Below are positions 1-11,117 of a DNA stretch of 64,000 nucleotides, in pieces. The position numbers and the translations under genes were made by a program. Numbering within the stretch: the stretch's first letter is position 1; each line of letters starts with the position of its first letter. Under the pieces are notes generated by a model that saw only the letters and a list, made by a program, of their open reading frames with translations, made no database searches and was not told the origin of the DNA. Origin of the DNA: Stylophora pistillata (Eukaryota); assembly GCF_002571385.2 (NCBI RefSeq), contig NW_019217784.1, positions 541,613 to 605,612 of the forward strand, given 5' to 3'.

Positions 1-76
1 TTTTTATTTGCTGCAGTATATTTTTTATTTGCTGCAGTATATTTTTTGTTTGCGTTGAGCCTTCTGGGCCACCGTA
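1..76. repeat. End of a DNA element with ~22-bp subterminal tandem repeats (TTTTTATTTGCTGCAGTATATT), ending GGCCACCGTA
   Basis: Tandem units are visible at 1-50. The same repeat occurs inverted at 2483-2553, and the terminal motif recurs at ~18265-18315. Confidence 0.6.
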
Positions 77-199
77 CATTACCCTAGTAGACCTTACGGT
101 GTATTACTAGTAATAGTAATCAAGGTTTAATGTCTTTTCGTGGGGCATGGTTACCCATATTGTCCGAGCCAGAGGCTCATGTATGAAACGCAAGACAAC

Positions 200-419
200 A
201 ACCCACATCCTACCCCTAACCCTGCAGGAGACGGGACCTCCATTTATTCGTCCCTATCCGAGAAGACTAGAATATCTAAACCATTTGTTGATGTTATAGA
301 AAGGCAGCATATTCTTCTCATTTATTTTAAGACCTTGGGTGTTGGTCCGGCCGGGGCTCGAACCCCCGACCTCCCGCGCATCAGTCCAGCGCTCTATCCA
401 TTGAGCTAACCGGGAGGCG
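200..419 (-). mobile_element. tRNA-derived SINE
   Basis: The minus strand has a tRNA-like head (A-box TAGCTCAATGG, B-box GGTTCGAGCC) at ~345-419. It runs into a non-tRNA body with no CCA end or pol III terminator. Confidence 0.65.
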
Positions 420-900
420 TTATGGGTTATGGTGGCAGCGGAATTAAGGCTGAGTGCTCCACCTCGATGTTAAGAATGCTGTAGAACCTTGAAGGGTGTC
501 TTTTCCGAAGGGATGGGTGTCAATTAACCATGGCCTTATTAGTACAGAGTGTTTATGTCAGTGGAAAGGCTGTCACGTCAGTCTGAGGAGGCCCAGGTCA
601 GCATGAGGTGTGCTAGAGCTACATTACGCGTTTGGATCAAACTGACCAAACTTAGTTTCCAGCAGTACCCCTTTAAAATTGAGTTTCTGTCTCGCACAGA
701 GAGGAATTCTAACATGAATTTACAAAGTGAATTACCTCTTGTTGTGCAAGAAGGACAACAAACATTTCTCTTTTCTTTATTCATATTTTAATCGTACCCG
801 AATTATAGAAAACAGCAACTACAGTGATCCACAATAGTCATCATGTCAAAGTCCTTATCATTTTCTCGTTTTGTCTAAGATATTTTACTTTTTTCTTGAG

Positions 901-1705
901 CTACTGCTGTGGAGCGGGGATTTCTTCCACCACAATGCGGGACACTGAGTTCCAGCTTGAATAAGCGTCTGCATTTCCGAAACGTGGACAGTCTCCAACG
1001 TTGAAGCCCACGCGCACAGAGCCTTTTGGGATGTTCTCACAGTAGCCTTCAATGTGACGAACTCGTAAGGGTTGTTCACCAGTTACCTCATGCATGTAAA
1101 TGACCCCGTCAATAGGCATTGGCCCACTGCACTCAGCGCCATTGAAAGTAAAATACCAACGCTTGCAACATTTTTTGCAGCCAAGGATTCGAAGAGCTCC
1201 AGAGTAGAAAACGCGCAGTGTTGTCTTTTGGTACATTTTTTTAAAAAGGCAATCCTAGCGAAAAATGGTGAAAGTTGCACCTTTGAAAATTAAGAAAATA
1301 AGGGACAGATATTTTTATTAATTTTACTAGTTAATTGATAATTTTTCCCCACCTTGATCAATCCATAGTCACGTCCATTAGGACCTTTCCAAACGCACTG
1401 TTTCCAGTTAGAAAAGGTCTGGGCACAACCTCCCTTCTGACCTCTTGCTCCAGTCTCTCCTTTTTCTCCTTTTGGCCCGTCACGACCGTAAGGGCCTGGT
1501 AACCCAGGATTACCGGGAATGCCTGGAGCGCCAATTAAGTTTTGACAACTCTACGAATATCAAAAAGGAGCGGGTAGATGGAAATTGAACAAATTAACAT
1601 GAAAACTTTGAATTTTATTGGGTTGTTCACCTTTTGAGTGGAGTTAGCCTCGGCAATCAATCTGACTGATGAGAATAACAATATGATCAGCTGAAGAGCG
1701 TCCAT
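901..1705 (-). CDS. CTHRC1: Collagen triple helix repeat-containing protein 1-like (secreted, ~208 aa)
   Basis: Exons 1705-1631 (signal peptide MDALQLIILLFSSVRLIAEA), 1550-1353 (11-12 Gly-X-Y repeats GAPGIPGNPG..., then NWKQCVW...DYGLIK) and 1254-901 (DCLFKK...LRVFYSGALR...CCKRWYFTFNGAECSGPMPIDG...WNSVSRIVVEEIP). Both introns are GT-AG and phase 0. Confidence 0.9.
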
Positions 1706-1738
1706 CTCCAATTTTTCTGTCTAGAATAAAACAGACAG

Positions 1739-2323
1739 GGGCAATCAGGGATCTTGGTGGAGTTCTCGGATCTGTCCATACATGTTAGAGCGCCTGGGGA
1801 CCTCTCGGACGCAGAGCGTGACAGTATTTGTGACTTCCTCGAGGATCGCATTCTGGCCGAAGAAAGAACTCAACTGCACCAGCTCCAGTTCGTCTATGAC
1901 TCACTTAAAAGCGTTTCGTTCTCGGAGTTTTGGCAATGCGCTGACGCTGTAGACGAGGAAGCTGATAACCAACTCAAACGAATTGTCAAAAGCTATTTTA
2001 AGGATTGCAACAACAAAACAAAGGAGGAACTTGCAACTTTGGCAGAAGCCAGAAAAGCCTCTAGGGTTGTCCCCTCCAGTATCAAGCGTAATGATCACGT
2101 GAATTGGGACGGTATTGCACGGGATATCAGAGCCTTACTTGGGGTCCATCACGATCACTCGTTTACAGGTCGTGCTGTTGCGCGAATATTTCACGGTATT
2201 GATAGTCCGTGTTATCCAGCGGAGGTGTGGGGTCGTGATCGCCGTTTTTGGAGAAAACATTTGGACGTTGAGTTTAACAGTCTGCGAAAGTTTGCCACTC
2301 AAGAACTTGTTAGGTTCAGATGA
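1739..2323 (+). CDS. RECQL4: RecQ helicase Q4 (RECQL4) C-terminal coding segment, upstream exons absent here
   Basis: GILVEFSDLSIHVRAPGDLSDAERDSICDFL...DIRALL...FTGRAVARIFHGIDSPCYPAEVWGRDRRFWRKHLDVEF matches the RECQL4 C-terminus. There is no polypyrimidine acceptor or upstream exon, and the segment is probably misplaced by assembly. Confidence 0.8.
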   Translation, partial: GQSGILVEFSDLSIHVRAPGDLSDAERDSICDFLEDRILAEERTQLHQLQFVYDSLKSVSFSEFWQCADAVDEEADNQLKRIVKSYFKDCNNKTKEELATLAEARKASRVVPSSIKRNDHVNWDGIARDIRALLGVHHDHSFTGRAVARIFHGIDSPCYPAEVWGRDRRFWRKHLDVEFNSLRKFATQELVRFR

Positions 2324-2574
2324 GATAGGAATCTTGATTAACGAAATATTGCTGCACAGGAATATGAAATACTTCCCAATCAATGCTACATTTATTTTTT
2401 TTTAACAAGGATTCAATTTTTCATGTATTGATGTTAAGAAAGCGTTGGAAAACGTACCTTCGTTTTTAGCAGTCGAAGCCATTACTACGCAAACAAAAAA
2501 TATACTCCAGCAAATAAAAAATATACAGCAGCAAATGAAAATATACTGCAGCANNNNNNNNNNNNNNNNNNNNN

Positions 2575-2740
2575 GGGTAGATGGAAATTGAACAAATTAA
2601 CATGAAAACTTTGAATTTTATTGGGTTGTTCACCTTTTGAGTGGAGTTAGCCTCGGCAATCAATCTGACTGATGAGAATAACAATATGATCAGCTGAAGA
2701 GCGTCCATCTCCAATTTTTCTGTCTAGAATAAAACAGACA
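2575..2740. repeat. 166-bp direct duplicate of 1572-1737 (includes CTHRC1 exon 1, 2708-2634)
   Basis: Identical by eye to 1572-1737 and starts immediately after the N-run at 2554-2574. Confidence 0.9.
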
Positions 2741-5700
2741 AAAAAAAAAAAAAATACAAAACTGGTAGTTTTTATTCCGCGCCTGGAAAGATCTAGCAAG
2801 AGTCAAAGGATCTTCGTTTGATACCGATAAGGACATTTAACATGGAAATAGTGTTCTATAAAAGCCAAAGTTGTCTGTGTCCGCAAAGTGGATATCAAAA
2901 GAATCGAAGTTTTTAAAAATTGAGGGATAAGTTTTCATTCTTAACCCCGTCTGAGCGTGTTGTCTATGAAACTGCTGATGAATTGTTGTCCTTATCATAC
3001 CGTGATACTAGAAACCCCGTTAGGAAAATTTAGACTTAGTAGACGTATTGTACCACCCACCTTTTTAAAGAAGATCTGAGGAGAGGAAAACCTATTTCTG
3101 TTCAAATACCTGCTCTCTTAAAAACTGGGCCAAAATAATTATTTAGTTTGACAAACCAACTGGGGCAATGAACTTCTCGTTAAGACGAGTTTACGACACG
3201 ACGGATTAATTTTAAATTTTCGATCTAACAAGCACTGTTATTCGCTGGCATTAGAGTAGAAGAGTTTGTTTAGCCTTCTATTTGTCCAATTAGATGTCGC
3301 ATACTATTTCGTATTTCTTCGGAACGTCTGCTCATCGCGATGTAATCAATTTTGAATTGTTACGACTTCGTAGTTAGTGAAAAGTTACTGTAGAGGTTTA
3401 CATTAGCGGCCTTACTACTTCGCAGTAATTGTCGCCAGTAAAAACTAAGATAAATCTTGTTTTCCACTGGGCTGTTAATGAACTCTTTGTAAGAATGAAT
3501 TTACATGTGATGGTCTCATTGAAGGCAGTGATTTACATTAAGGTGAGACTCGATATCGAACGAGGTTCTGTTACTTTATTCCAAACATTCTTTCTTCCTA
3601 TCGATATTTTCCCACCAATTTCTGACCATGTGACCAAAACTTGATATCCCCATATACAAATATAAACAGGAAGGAAAGTTTAGTTATGTAAATTTACACG
3701 ATCCTATTCACTCAAAATGTTTTCTTTAGTCTCGCTGTCAGGCCTTTTTTTTTTTTTAACCTTTAACCCCTGAGGTAATTTCTCTGTTTTCGAAGAGATG
3801 TCACGACGCGCCTTTGCCAGCTATTGAGACGGTTTTGGAACGATAAAATTTAACCGACCCCTGTTCGTGAAGCCAGATTATCCGAGAAATCCGTTATCGA
3901 AAGGGTTGTCTTCAACCTCACCAGTATTTTGTTCATAGATCTTACTTTCGGGCTGTTTTGTATTCGTTTCGCGGGTATTTTATCGGATCTGTTCGCGAAG
4001 AGAGAGAAGAAACTTTCAACTACTTTGTGTCTTTTAAGATTTTAGTTTTCGCCAGTGGCGCTTGGAATAAGAATTCTCTGGTGAACACTAAAATTTACAA
4101 TATTTGTTGTAAATCAAATCCAGAATGGACTGCGTTTTATTATTATTATTTTTTTTTTTTAGTGGCTGTAATCATTTCAAATGGAAATATTTTGAAAGAA
4201 TAATTACGGAAGAGAATTTGGAGTGATCAAATCTAATATCGCGACGCCCTCGCCCGGATCCCCTGCAGCAGTTGATAGGTCTGGCTCACCACGCAAAGTC
4301 AGGTTCTCCTTTGAAGAAAAGAGAGTGTTCTGCGGGAAGAAGGAAGCATGTTGCGTGAAGAGAGCGTGTTTTGTGAAGAACAGAGCGTGTTGCGTAACGA
4401 AAGTAAAGCTCGGCTGCCAAAGATGCCGAGTCTTCATGCATTGAGTCTACGTTGAAGAATAAGCAAAATAATGGATAGACGGACAAATTTAAATTAAATA
4501 CAAATGCTTTCCTCTTGGTCTTCAAATGTGAATGCTTACCGCTCATTGTTAAGTCAATGTTTTACCTGTGATGATAACAAAATAGTGAATAGAAGAAGTA
4601 TGTTGTGAGTAGATTGAAGCGGCTGTTTTGTTTAAAGCCAGTACCCAAGACTAAATGATACCAATGATTGTTCGAGGAAGAAATAATGGACAAAAAATGA
4701 CATTAAAAAAAAATGTTCACAGAGCAATTTTAATACCTCTAATAAGCTAGTAATGGGGAATCACTAAAGGCTGAATGATCAAAAGCCCGCACAGTCATTG
4801 TTGAGAACTTAATTACTACCATCGACAACACTCGCATTTAGGACTCTCCTCACCCGTATGATCACACTACACGATCGATTGTTACTTCCGAAAATAAACA
4901 AGTAATTAGTATTATCACTTAGCGGCATTTCTTTCCCTGGTTACTAGTGCACTGGAATGTAAGCATTTGTCGTCGGTAGTAGCAGTTCTTTCGCATGTCA
5001 CCTCACAGAACATCAGATTCTGCTTTCTTCCTACCCTGAGGTAACTTTGTTTTATGTAGTTCACTCCAACACCACTTTTATTTATTACCAAGTTGTTATT
5101 GTGGCTCTGTACAATAAAATTGCTGTGAAAACTGTACATGTATATTTTAGTTAATAGATATTCATGTTTACACACTTGCTTTAAATACTAAGGGATGTTT
5201 TCATTTTTGATTGCCTTTCCCAGTTAGACTGTCTTTCAAAGATACTGTGAACTGCTGATTTTGGAATTGGAATCCCCATCTTGGTCAGAAAAACTAGAAT
5301 CCATACTTGTCCAATATTCTGTCGATGAAACTGATGTCAAATGATTTCTTGCTGCTCTGCCGGGGATAATTTCTAAGATCAGTTTCAAGAGCACATACAT
5401 GATAAGAATGTACTAGGCAGTGTCGCTAGGGAGTTGTGTGAAACTATAGGTGTATCTCGTATATTACATTCAGTAGTATTTGTGTAAACTGATCGAAATT
5501 GAATCGAGCGCTAAAGGGGAGGAGAGAACAATTTGGACTGACTGACAAGTAAGGACGTGTTTCCATGAGTTAATACAGGGGAAGAGATCCATAGATAGGC
5601 TCGTTAATTACTGGCACTTTGATTCTTACTCGTACACTCATCTCAATGCCGGGCTAAACACCGAAATCTTCAGCAACTTTTAAACTTACCCGAGCGACTG

Positions 5701-6542
5701 GACCAGACTTTTTGTAGTCTTCAGGCAGGGTAAGCTACAGGGATTTAAGTAGTTTTCTCGCCGTTGAAACACAGCTGAGGTGTTTTCCTTCGCACTTTGT
5801 AATCCTTGTCGCCCCAAATGATAAAGTGGTCACGCTTCTTAGTAACAGAAAATCGCACCTTGTAAAAACACTTGTCTCACTTCGTAACAAAAAGCAGCAA
5901 TTAATCAAATGTAACATAACGTTTAGGTAGGGTTGAGTCCGTGCTGGGAGAGAAATCTGCCAAGACGTGAAACTATGACCAAGAAAGGGAGTTAAAACTC
6001 CTTTCCTTTCCGAGAACTGTCAAAATGGTTTCAATTTTCAAAGCAGAAAAGCTATTAATTCAGATTGGGTTCCTCAAAAACAAAAAGAAACTGATAACGG
6101 GTACTGGTTCATCTTTTAATGGATAATACCTTCTATTTAACATACTAAGAGGCCTCAAAAAATACTGAACGGAACGATCGATGTTAGATCGGTTTATCGA
6201 AGGCAAACTTTACGAAATGAGCGCATAAAACCTTTCTCATTCCTTATTCTTTACGTGACCCAATTCCTTTAGAAAGTACAAACCAAAGACTTAAGTGATT
6301 GCGTAACCTTAAAAACAATGCCGAGGAACTTCAAATAATTACTGAAAACCTACCAAATAACTCGCGGGAGGGGGGAGGGGGGCCGATTTCCACTTTCAAA
6401 GCTGAATAATGGAAAATTTGAAAGTGCTGTAACAAAGAAGTGTGTTGTTACAACTGCAAAATAGAAGCGAAAAAGCTCGAAGTAGAAAATTCTCCAAGCT
6501 TTGAGGTCTACACTAGGTAGTCAGTATGAAGTAGGCCTGGGA

Positions 6543-7099
6543 CTAATATGAAGAACCATTCTCCTGACCAGTCTTCAGCCGTTCGTTTCCCATAAGTGGT
6601 GGAAAGAACAAGCAGATTGCAATGGAATCTCTAGCGCCAATTTTCACCTCGTGTGCGTTGTTGGCCACAAGAAACATAGTTCCATGATGCTTTTCAGAGT
6701 CAAAATCGTGTCGACGCTTCCCATTTTCCCATACGTATTCACCTTGACCTTTGATGAAATAGACCACTTCTTTGTTATTTAGATATTGGAGATGCTTGCT
6801 AAACTTGGTTGAACAAAACGTGTTGTGGAACGAGATGTTGTAGCCATCAGGGGCGGCAAGAAACCTTCGACTGAATCCATTCTCAAAGGGAACATTGCGA
6901 TCTGAATCAATAACTTCATCTAGGCTCTTCATTAGCAAAGGTGGGGGAGATACGCTCGCGTCACGTGGGACAGAAACAGCGACTATTTTCACTAGCTCCT
7001 GAACGCGCATGTGGACGCTTTTTCCAGATGTGAGAGCAAGAAGGTGGTCAGCGGTAAAAGACAGTTGCTTGGTTGCACTGTCGTGTATGATACATCTCC
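6543..7099 (-). CDS. ectC: L-ectoine synthase (EctC)-like cupin, terminal exon, preceded in frame by a degenerate second cupin half
   Basis: LMKSLDEVIDSDRNV..ENGFSRRFL...DGYNISFHNT...LQYLNNKEVVYFIKGQG...GTMFLVANNAH...ICLFFPPLMGNE aligns motif by motif with bacterial EctC (IVRTLDE..ERDV..SRRLL..DGMGFSFH.T..HYKNHLEAVYCIEGEG..GTMYALDKHDRH..CVFNPPLTG.E). Acceptor ccttttaacag|G at 7101/7100 (phase 1); stop TAG at 6545-6543. Confidence 0.8.
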
Positions 7100-8178
7100 C
7101 TGTTAAAAGGATGAAGTCTTTAGCAACATGAAAGCTCTTTAAGTCTTGTAGGTAACTTATTCAATGATTGACATGTAATGCAAGTGGATATCATTTTGTT
7201 TCTCCACTTTCCATCCGTCTCCTACAGTGCTATACCATCTTCTATTTTGCGCTTGTCGTTGCCGTATTATGGAAGAAAAGCCTATTAGTGAGATAAGTGC
7301 TTATTTGATTAAAATTTTTCCAAAATCTTAACCTAGGTACAACCCTTTTTTTTTTTTCAATTATGCACACCCTTTTCCCCCCAATTATGCACATTTAGAT
7401 AGTTCTGCGAAAAGGACAATTCCCCTTGATAGAGCTGGAGGTGGAGGAAGGGGTGCTTGTTTAAATTTTGGTTTCTTGGAGGGGGCGTATTCTAAACGGG
7501 TTTTACTTTAGGGGATCACTAAACTTAGGAAGTACGGTGGTTACCATGTTTTAAAATCATAAAGGATAGGAAAGCAGGTTCTGCCACCCAAACCAGTCCT
7601 TTCTGTTTCTTTAGCTGATAGTTTTGTTGTATCATTGTTAAAACTTTTGAAATTCCCCTTATCAAATGAAAAACAGAACAGCTTTATGGGCCAGTTAAGT
7701 TACCGGGACCTCCGAGAAACGGGCCCCGGGTACAGAAAAGATAAAGTAACTTGAGTGCAGTTTATATTCACTTGATGAGTGTTATTCCATGTCATACTGA
7801 AGGATTTTCCACTTGGTCACAACAGAGGAACCATTTATTTAAAGATAGGTGCTTGAGGTGTGGGCACTCAGCCAATGTGCAATATTATTTTCCCTGGCTT
7901 GCGCCATTTCCATCACCCTACCCCCAAAGATCTCAACCAGATAAAAGGCAAGTGTTAATAATNTTTTGCACTTCTGTTAAGAATAATTTTTAAGTTTTGA
8001 ACGATAAAAGAAACAAAATGACTAGGAGAGGGTTGTAAAATAATCTATTCTCAGCATTGTCAGCATGGTATGCAAAAATAACATTGTAAAGTGTGTCTTA
8101 AAAAATAAGCTGTTTTATAGAAACAATTTTCATTTCCACGAGGAGTTAAGTGTAGTAGATAGAATCGTCTTTAAAATA

Positions 8179-11117
8179 TCACGAGGTGTTCACGTGCTTT
8201 GAAGTCACGAGACTAGACACAGTAAGACTTTCAAGGTCTTGTTTGAAGTAACTGAGTCGTAAACCTTGATTGTTGTTTGACTCTCGGTAGCATCTTCTCA
8301 ATGTCTTTTGGAAAGCTCTTCTGTACTCATGGTTCCGAAGAGAGTAAATCAGGGGATTTAAAACGGTGTTGGAAAATGTGAGAAATAATAAAATTTCCAA
8401 AGTCCGTGTTAAGGAGCAACTTGTTGTTTGTCTAGCGAAAATATGTACTAAGGATGCCACCACAATTGGCAGATAGCAGCCCAGGAATGCCCCAATCACA
8501 ATCGCTGTAGAAGAACAACAACAAAAAAAACAACGCAAAAGTTAGTATTTGAGGCTAAGGAAAAAGATGTTTCGTGGTCCGGCTATCAAAGAACTGATAT
8601 TGATATTGGTTTTGAGAGTAAAAGTAATTAATCTGGGTTTTCTACAGGCGATAATGACAAGTTTCCATTATCGCTAACGAGCTCGAGGCAATGTCTGTTT
8701 TGATTTTTGCATTATCTGGAGTGCTGATGTCTGTAGTGATCTGCTGTATCTTTTTATGTGCAGCGCATACGAGGTATTTCAACGGAAGAGTAATTGTAAT
8801 GGTGTTCCATCCCGTCCATCCTTGAATGATTTAAAAATCGTGTTCCGGACCCCTATAATTCGTTCAAACATAAAGTGAGCTCAGGGACAATGACGTCTTT
8901 GATGAATGACTGAAACCTTTATCAAGCGGATACCCGCGAATCTGTAGCTTACGCCCGATGTTTACGGTTGAGCGTGGTAGAAGCTAAATTAAATGACATT
9001 CGCCCTATTATTACCCCATTAATGTGACGGTATTCAAAGGATTATTTCCTTAAGACAAACGGTTACTTCATGCACCCTTGATTTCCATTTGGAGCAAGCG
9101 TCAAACCTCCGGAAGATTTCACTCGATCTACAATGGGCAATTTACAACCGATTGATTCATGATTCCGCTGCCGAAATACCTCCTGAGTGGGCCATAGGTG
9201 TCTACGAGGAAGCTTTTTTTTCTCTGCACGATCTTTGTTATTTTGTTTAAACCTATTCTCCCACTAGCTAAGGAATGATTAAAATAAAGTGACAAGTTGT
9301 TTTCAGAATTTCTGCGAAACTTGCGAAACAACAACATTAATAACAACACCATCAGGTGTCTGCGAGGCATGAGGCAATATTTATTTTAAAAGTAAACATG
9401 TTGTTGTGGCATACTGCATATTTTGCGCGAGTACTATTGTTTTTAATTTTTTTTAACTCCATGGGTACTACAAAGGGTACTCTTCTTCTGTTGATATGTC
9501 GGCTATTTAGTAAGTCTTGGCCCAGACATTTATACTTTTGGTATAAGAAAAATTATTTTCAGGCTTTCTTCGAATTTGGCGAGCCTTTCTTTTGTGTCAA
9601 GAAAGCTTTGTTGAAGGATTGACTTTATGACCCGTTGTAACTCGTTTAACTTTTTAAGGTCTTTCCTCTGAAATAGAAACTGCACTGATATTTTTGTCAG
9701 ACTTTACCTAATGGTTGTTCACCTTCAGTACAGAAACAAAAATTTTGAAATTAAGAAGGGGGTCCCCGTGCTCGCTAAGGAGCAGAAGTACTTTGAAAAT
9801 ACTTCAAAATGCCTATGATATACAGTAATGACAAAATTCGCCTTTCCGAAAATTGTTCCTTTTCCAACATTGAGGATTGGTTTACAGACAGAAACTCAGT
9901 GCTCTATTCTAAGAAAGAGAACTGAGAAAAAATGATATGTCACCGAGGAATGCAGTACCATTGAATGACTCCGCTACCCTTGGTCAAATGGCACGATTTT
10001 TTTCTGCCTAACATAAACCGTAATTGCCTTACCCCTGCTGTTACAAGTAACATCCACCAACTCACCCTCCCCCCATCGGGCAGTTGGGAGACTCCAGCTA
10101 GCATGATATTTTTAGCCGCGATACTTTTTTGTCCTTTCTCTCAAGTTGTCAATTAGGGAAAATTTGATATAATAGATTTCGCTTTGGAAACAAACACTAA
10201 AGAGGAAATAAAGCTCAAAAATAGTGTAAGGACGTTTAAATTAAAAGAGGATTTTGGACGACTAACCGGAAGAATTAAGGTTAAATTGGTCAAAATTCAC
10301 AAGCCGTGACTTAGCTCGGTCAATGATACTCTAACAAGATAAACCTACCTAAGGTTTTAGCCCATTTTCTGTCTCGTGCACGGGGAATACAGCGAACTTG
10401 TGGCACTCTGACTACCGAGATCACAGCAACACCAACTCGGTTGGCTTGATACCAAGCAACTTTGCTAATTCGACAGTAAGCCCACATCATCACCAGAAGT
10501 GGTAGAAAGAAAAGAAAAATTACGTTCGCACTCATATGGAAGCGATCCTTTTTGTCAATAGTTTCTATCGAACCTTGGTCTATGCATCCATAGAAGCTTG
10601 CATAGCCACGAAGATCTGCTAGCGCAGCAGGGAAGATCAGTATTGAGGATACTGGGACAATCCAGATCGTTAACAAAATCACAGCTGTCCTTGTCGGAGT
10701 AACCATGAATCTGTAGCGTAATGGGTAAAATATTGCTATGTATCTGTCCATGCTTAACGTAAATAAGTGCAAAATGCTGATGTAAAGAAGACAACCAAAC
10801 ATTCTGCCCATGAGCGTGCACGTGATAGGAGTTTTACCAATGTCAAAGTAAGTCAAAATTTGGAAAATCATAATTTGAACGGAGAGTAAGTCTGACAAGG
10901 CTAGGCTTGCTACGGCGTAATTCCGCACCGAGGCCCGTAGTTGTCTGTCTTTAAGAACAATAAAACAAATGCTTGTATTCCCCAATATATTCACCACGGC
11001 GATAAGAACAAGAAAAACTGTTTTGAAGATTGTCGCTGTAAGAGCAGATGAGGTTAATGTGTTGGAAGACTCGGAGGTGACATTCTGTGCCCACCTTGCA
11101 CTTGTCGGCGGATCCAT
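8179..11117 (-). CDS. Rhodopsin-like (class A) GPCR, orphan, ~364 aa
   Basis: Exons 11117-10349 and 8504-8179 are joined by a phase-1 GT-AG intron (TTAG|gtagg ... ctacag|CG). Motifs: TM1 GN, TM2 SLALSD, TM3 C...DRY, TM4 W, TM5 FFLPL, TM6 FLGCYLP, TM7 NTVLNPLIY, helix 8 EYRRAF. Confidence 0.92.

Noticed and set aside
345-419. tRNA gene (also 26715-26790)
   Set aside because: Only A/B boxes and partial arms; no clean acceptor stem or terminator, and both continue into repeat bodies, so they are SINE-like.
4204-4546. Cys-rich small ORFs (ACCVK repeats) as a metallothionein or toxin
   Set aside because: The pattern comes from a short tandem DNA repeat (GCGTGTTGCGTGAAGAA); no ATG start, signal peptide or splice context.
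6543-7099. Bacterial contamination or an ect operon
   Set aside because: No ectA/ectB neighbours or operon structure; it has a spliceosomal acceptor and host-like flanks.
7160-7245. NDIHLHYMSIIE as the missing EctC N-terminal part
   Set aside because: Out of frame with the exon, ends in a stop and has no donor site; likely coincidence.
9051-9970. DNA transposon in the GPCR intron
   Set aside because: Looks repeat-like, but I could not establish matching TIRs or a TSD.
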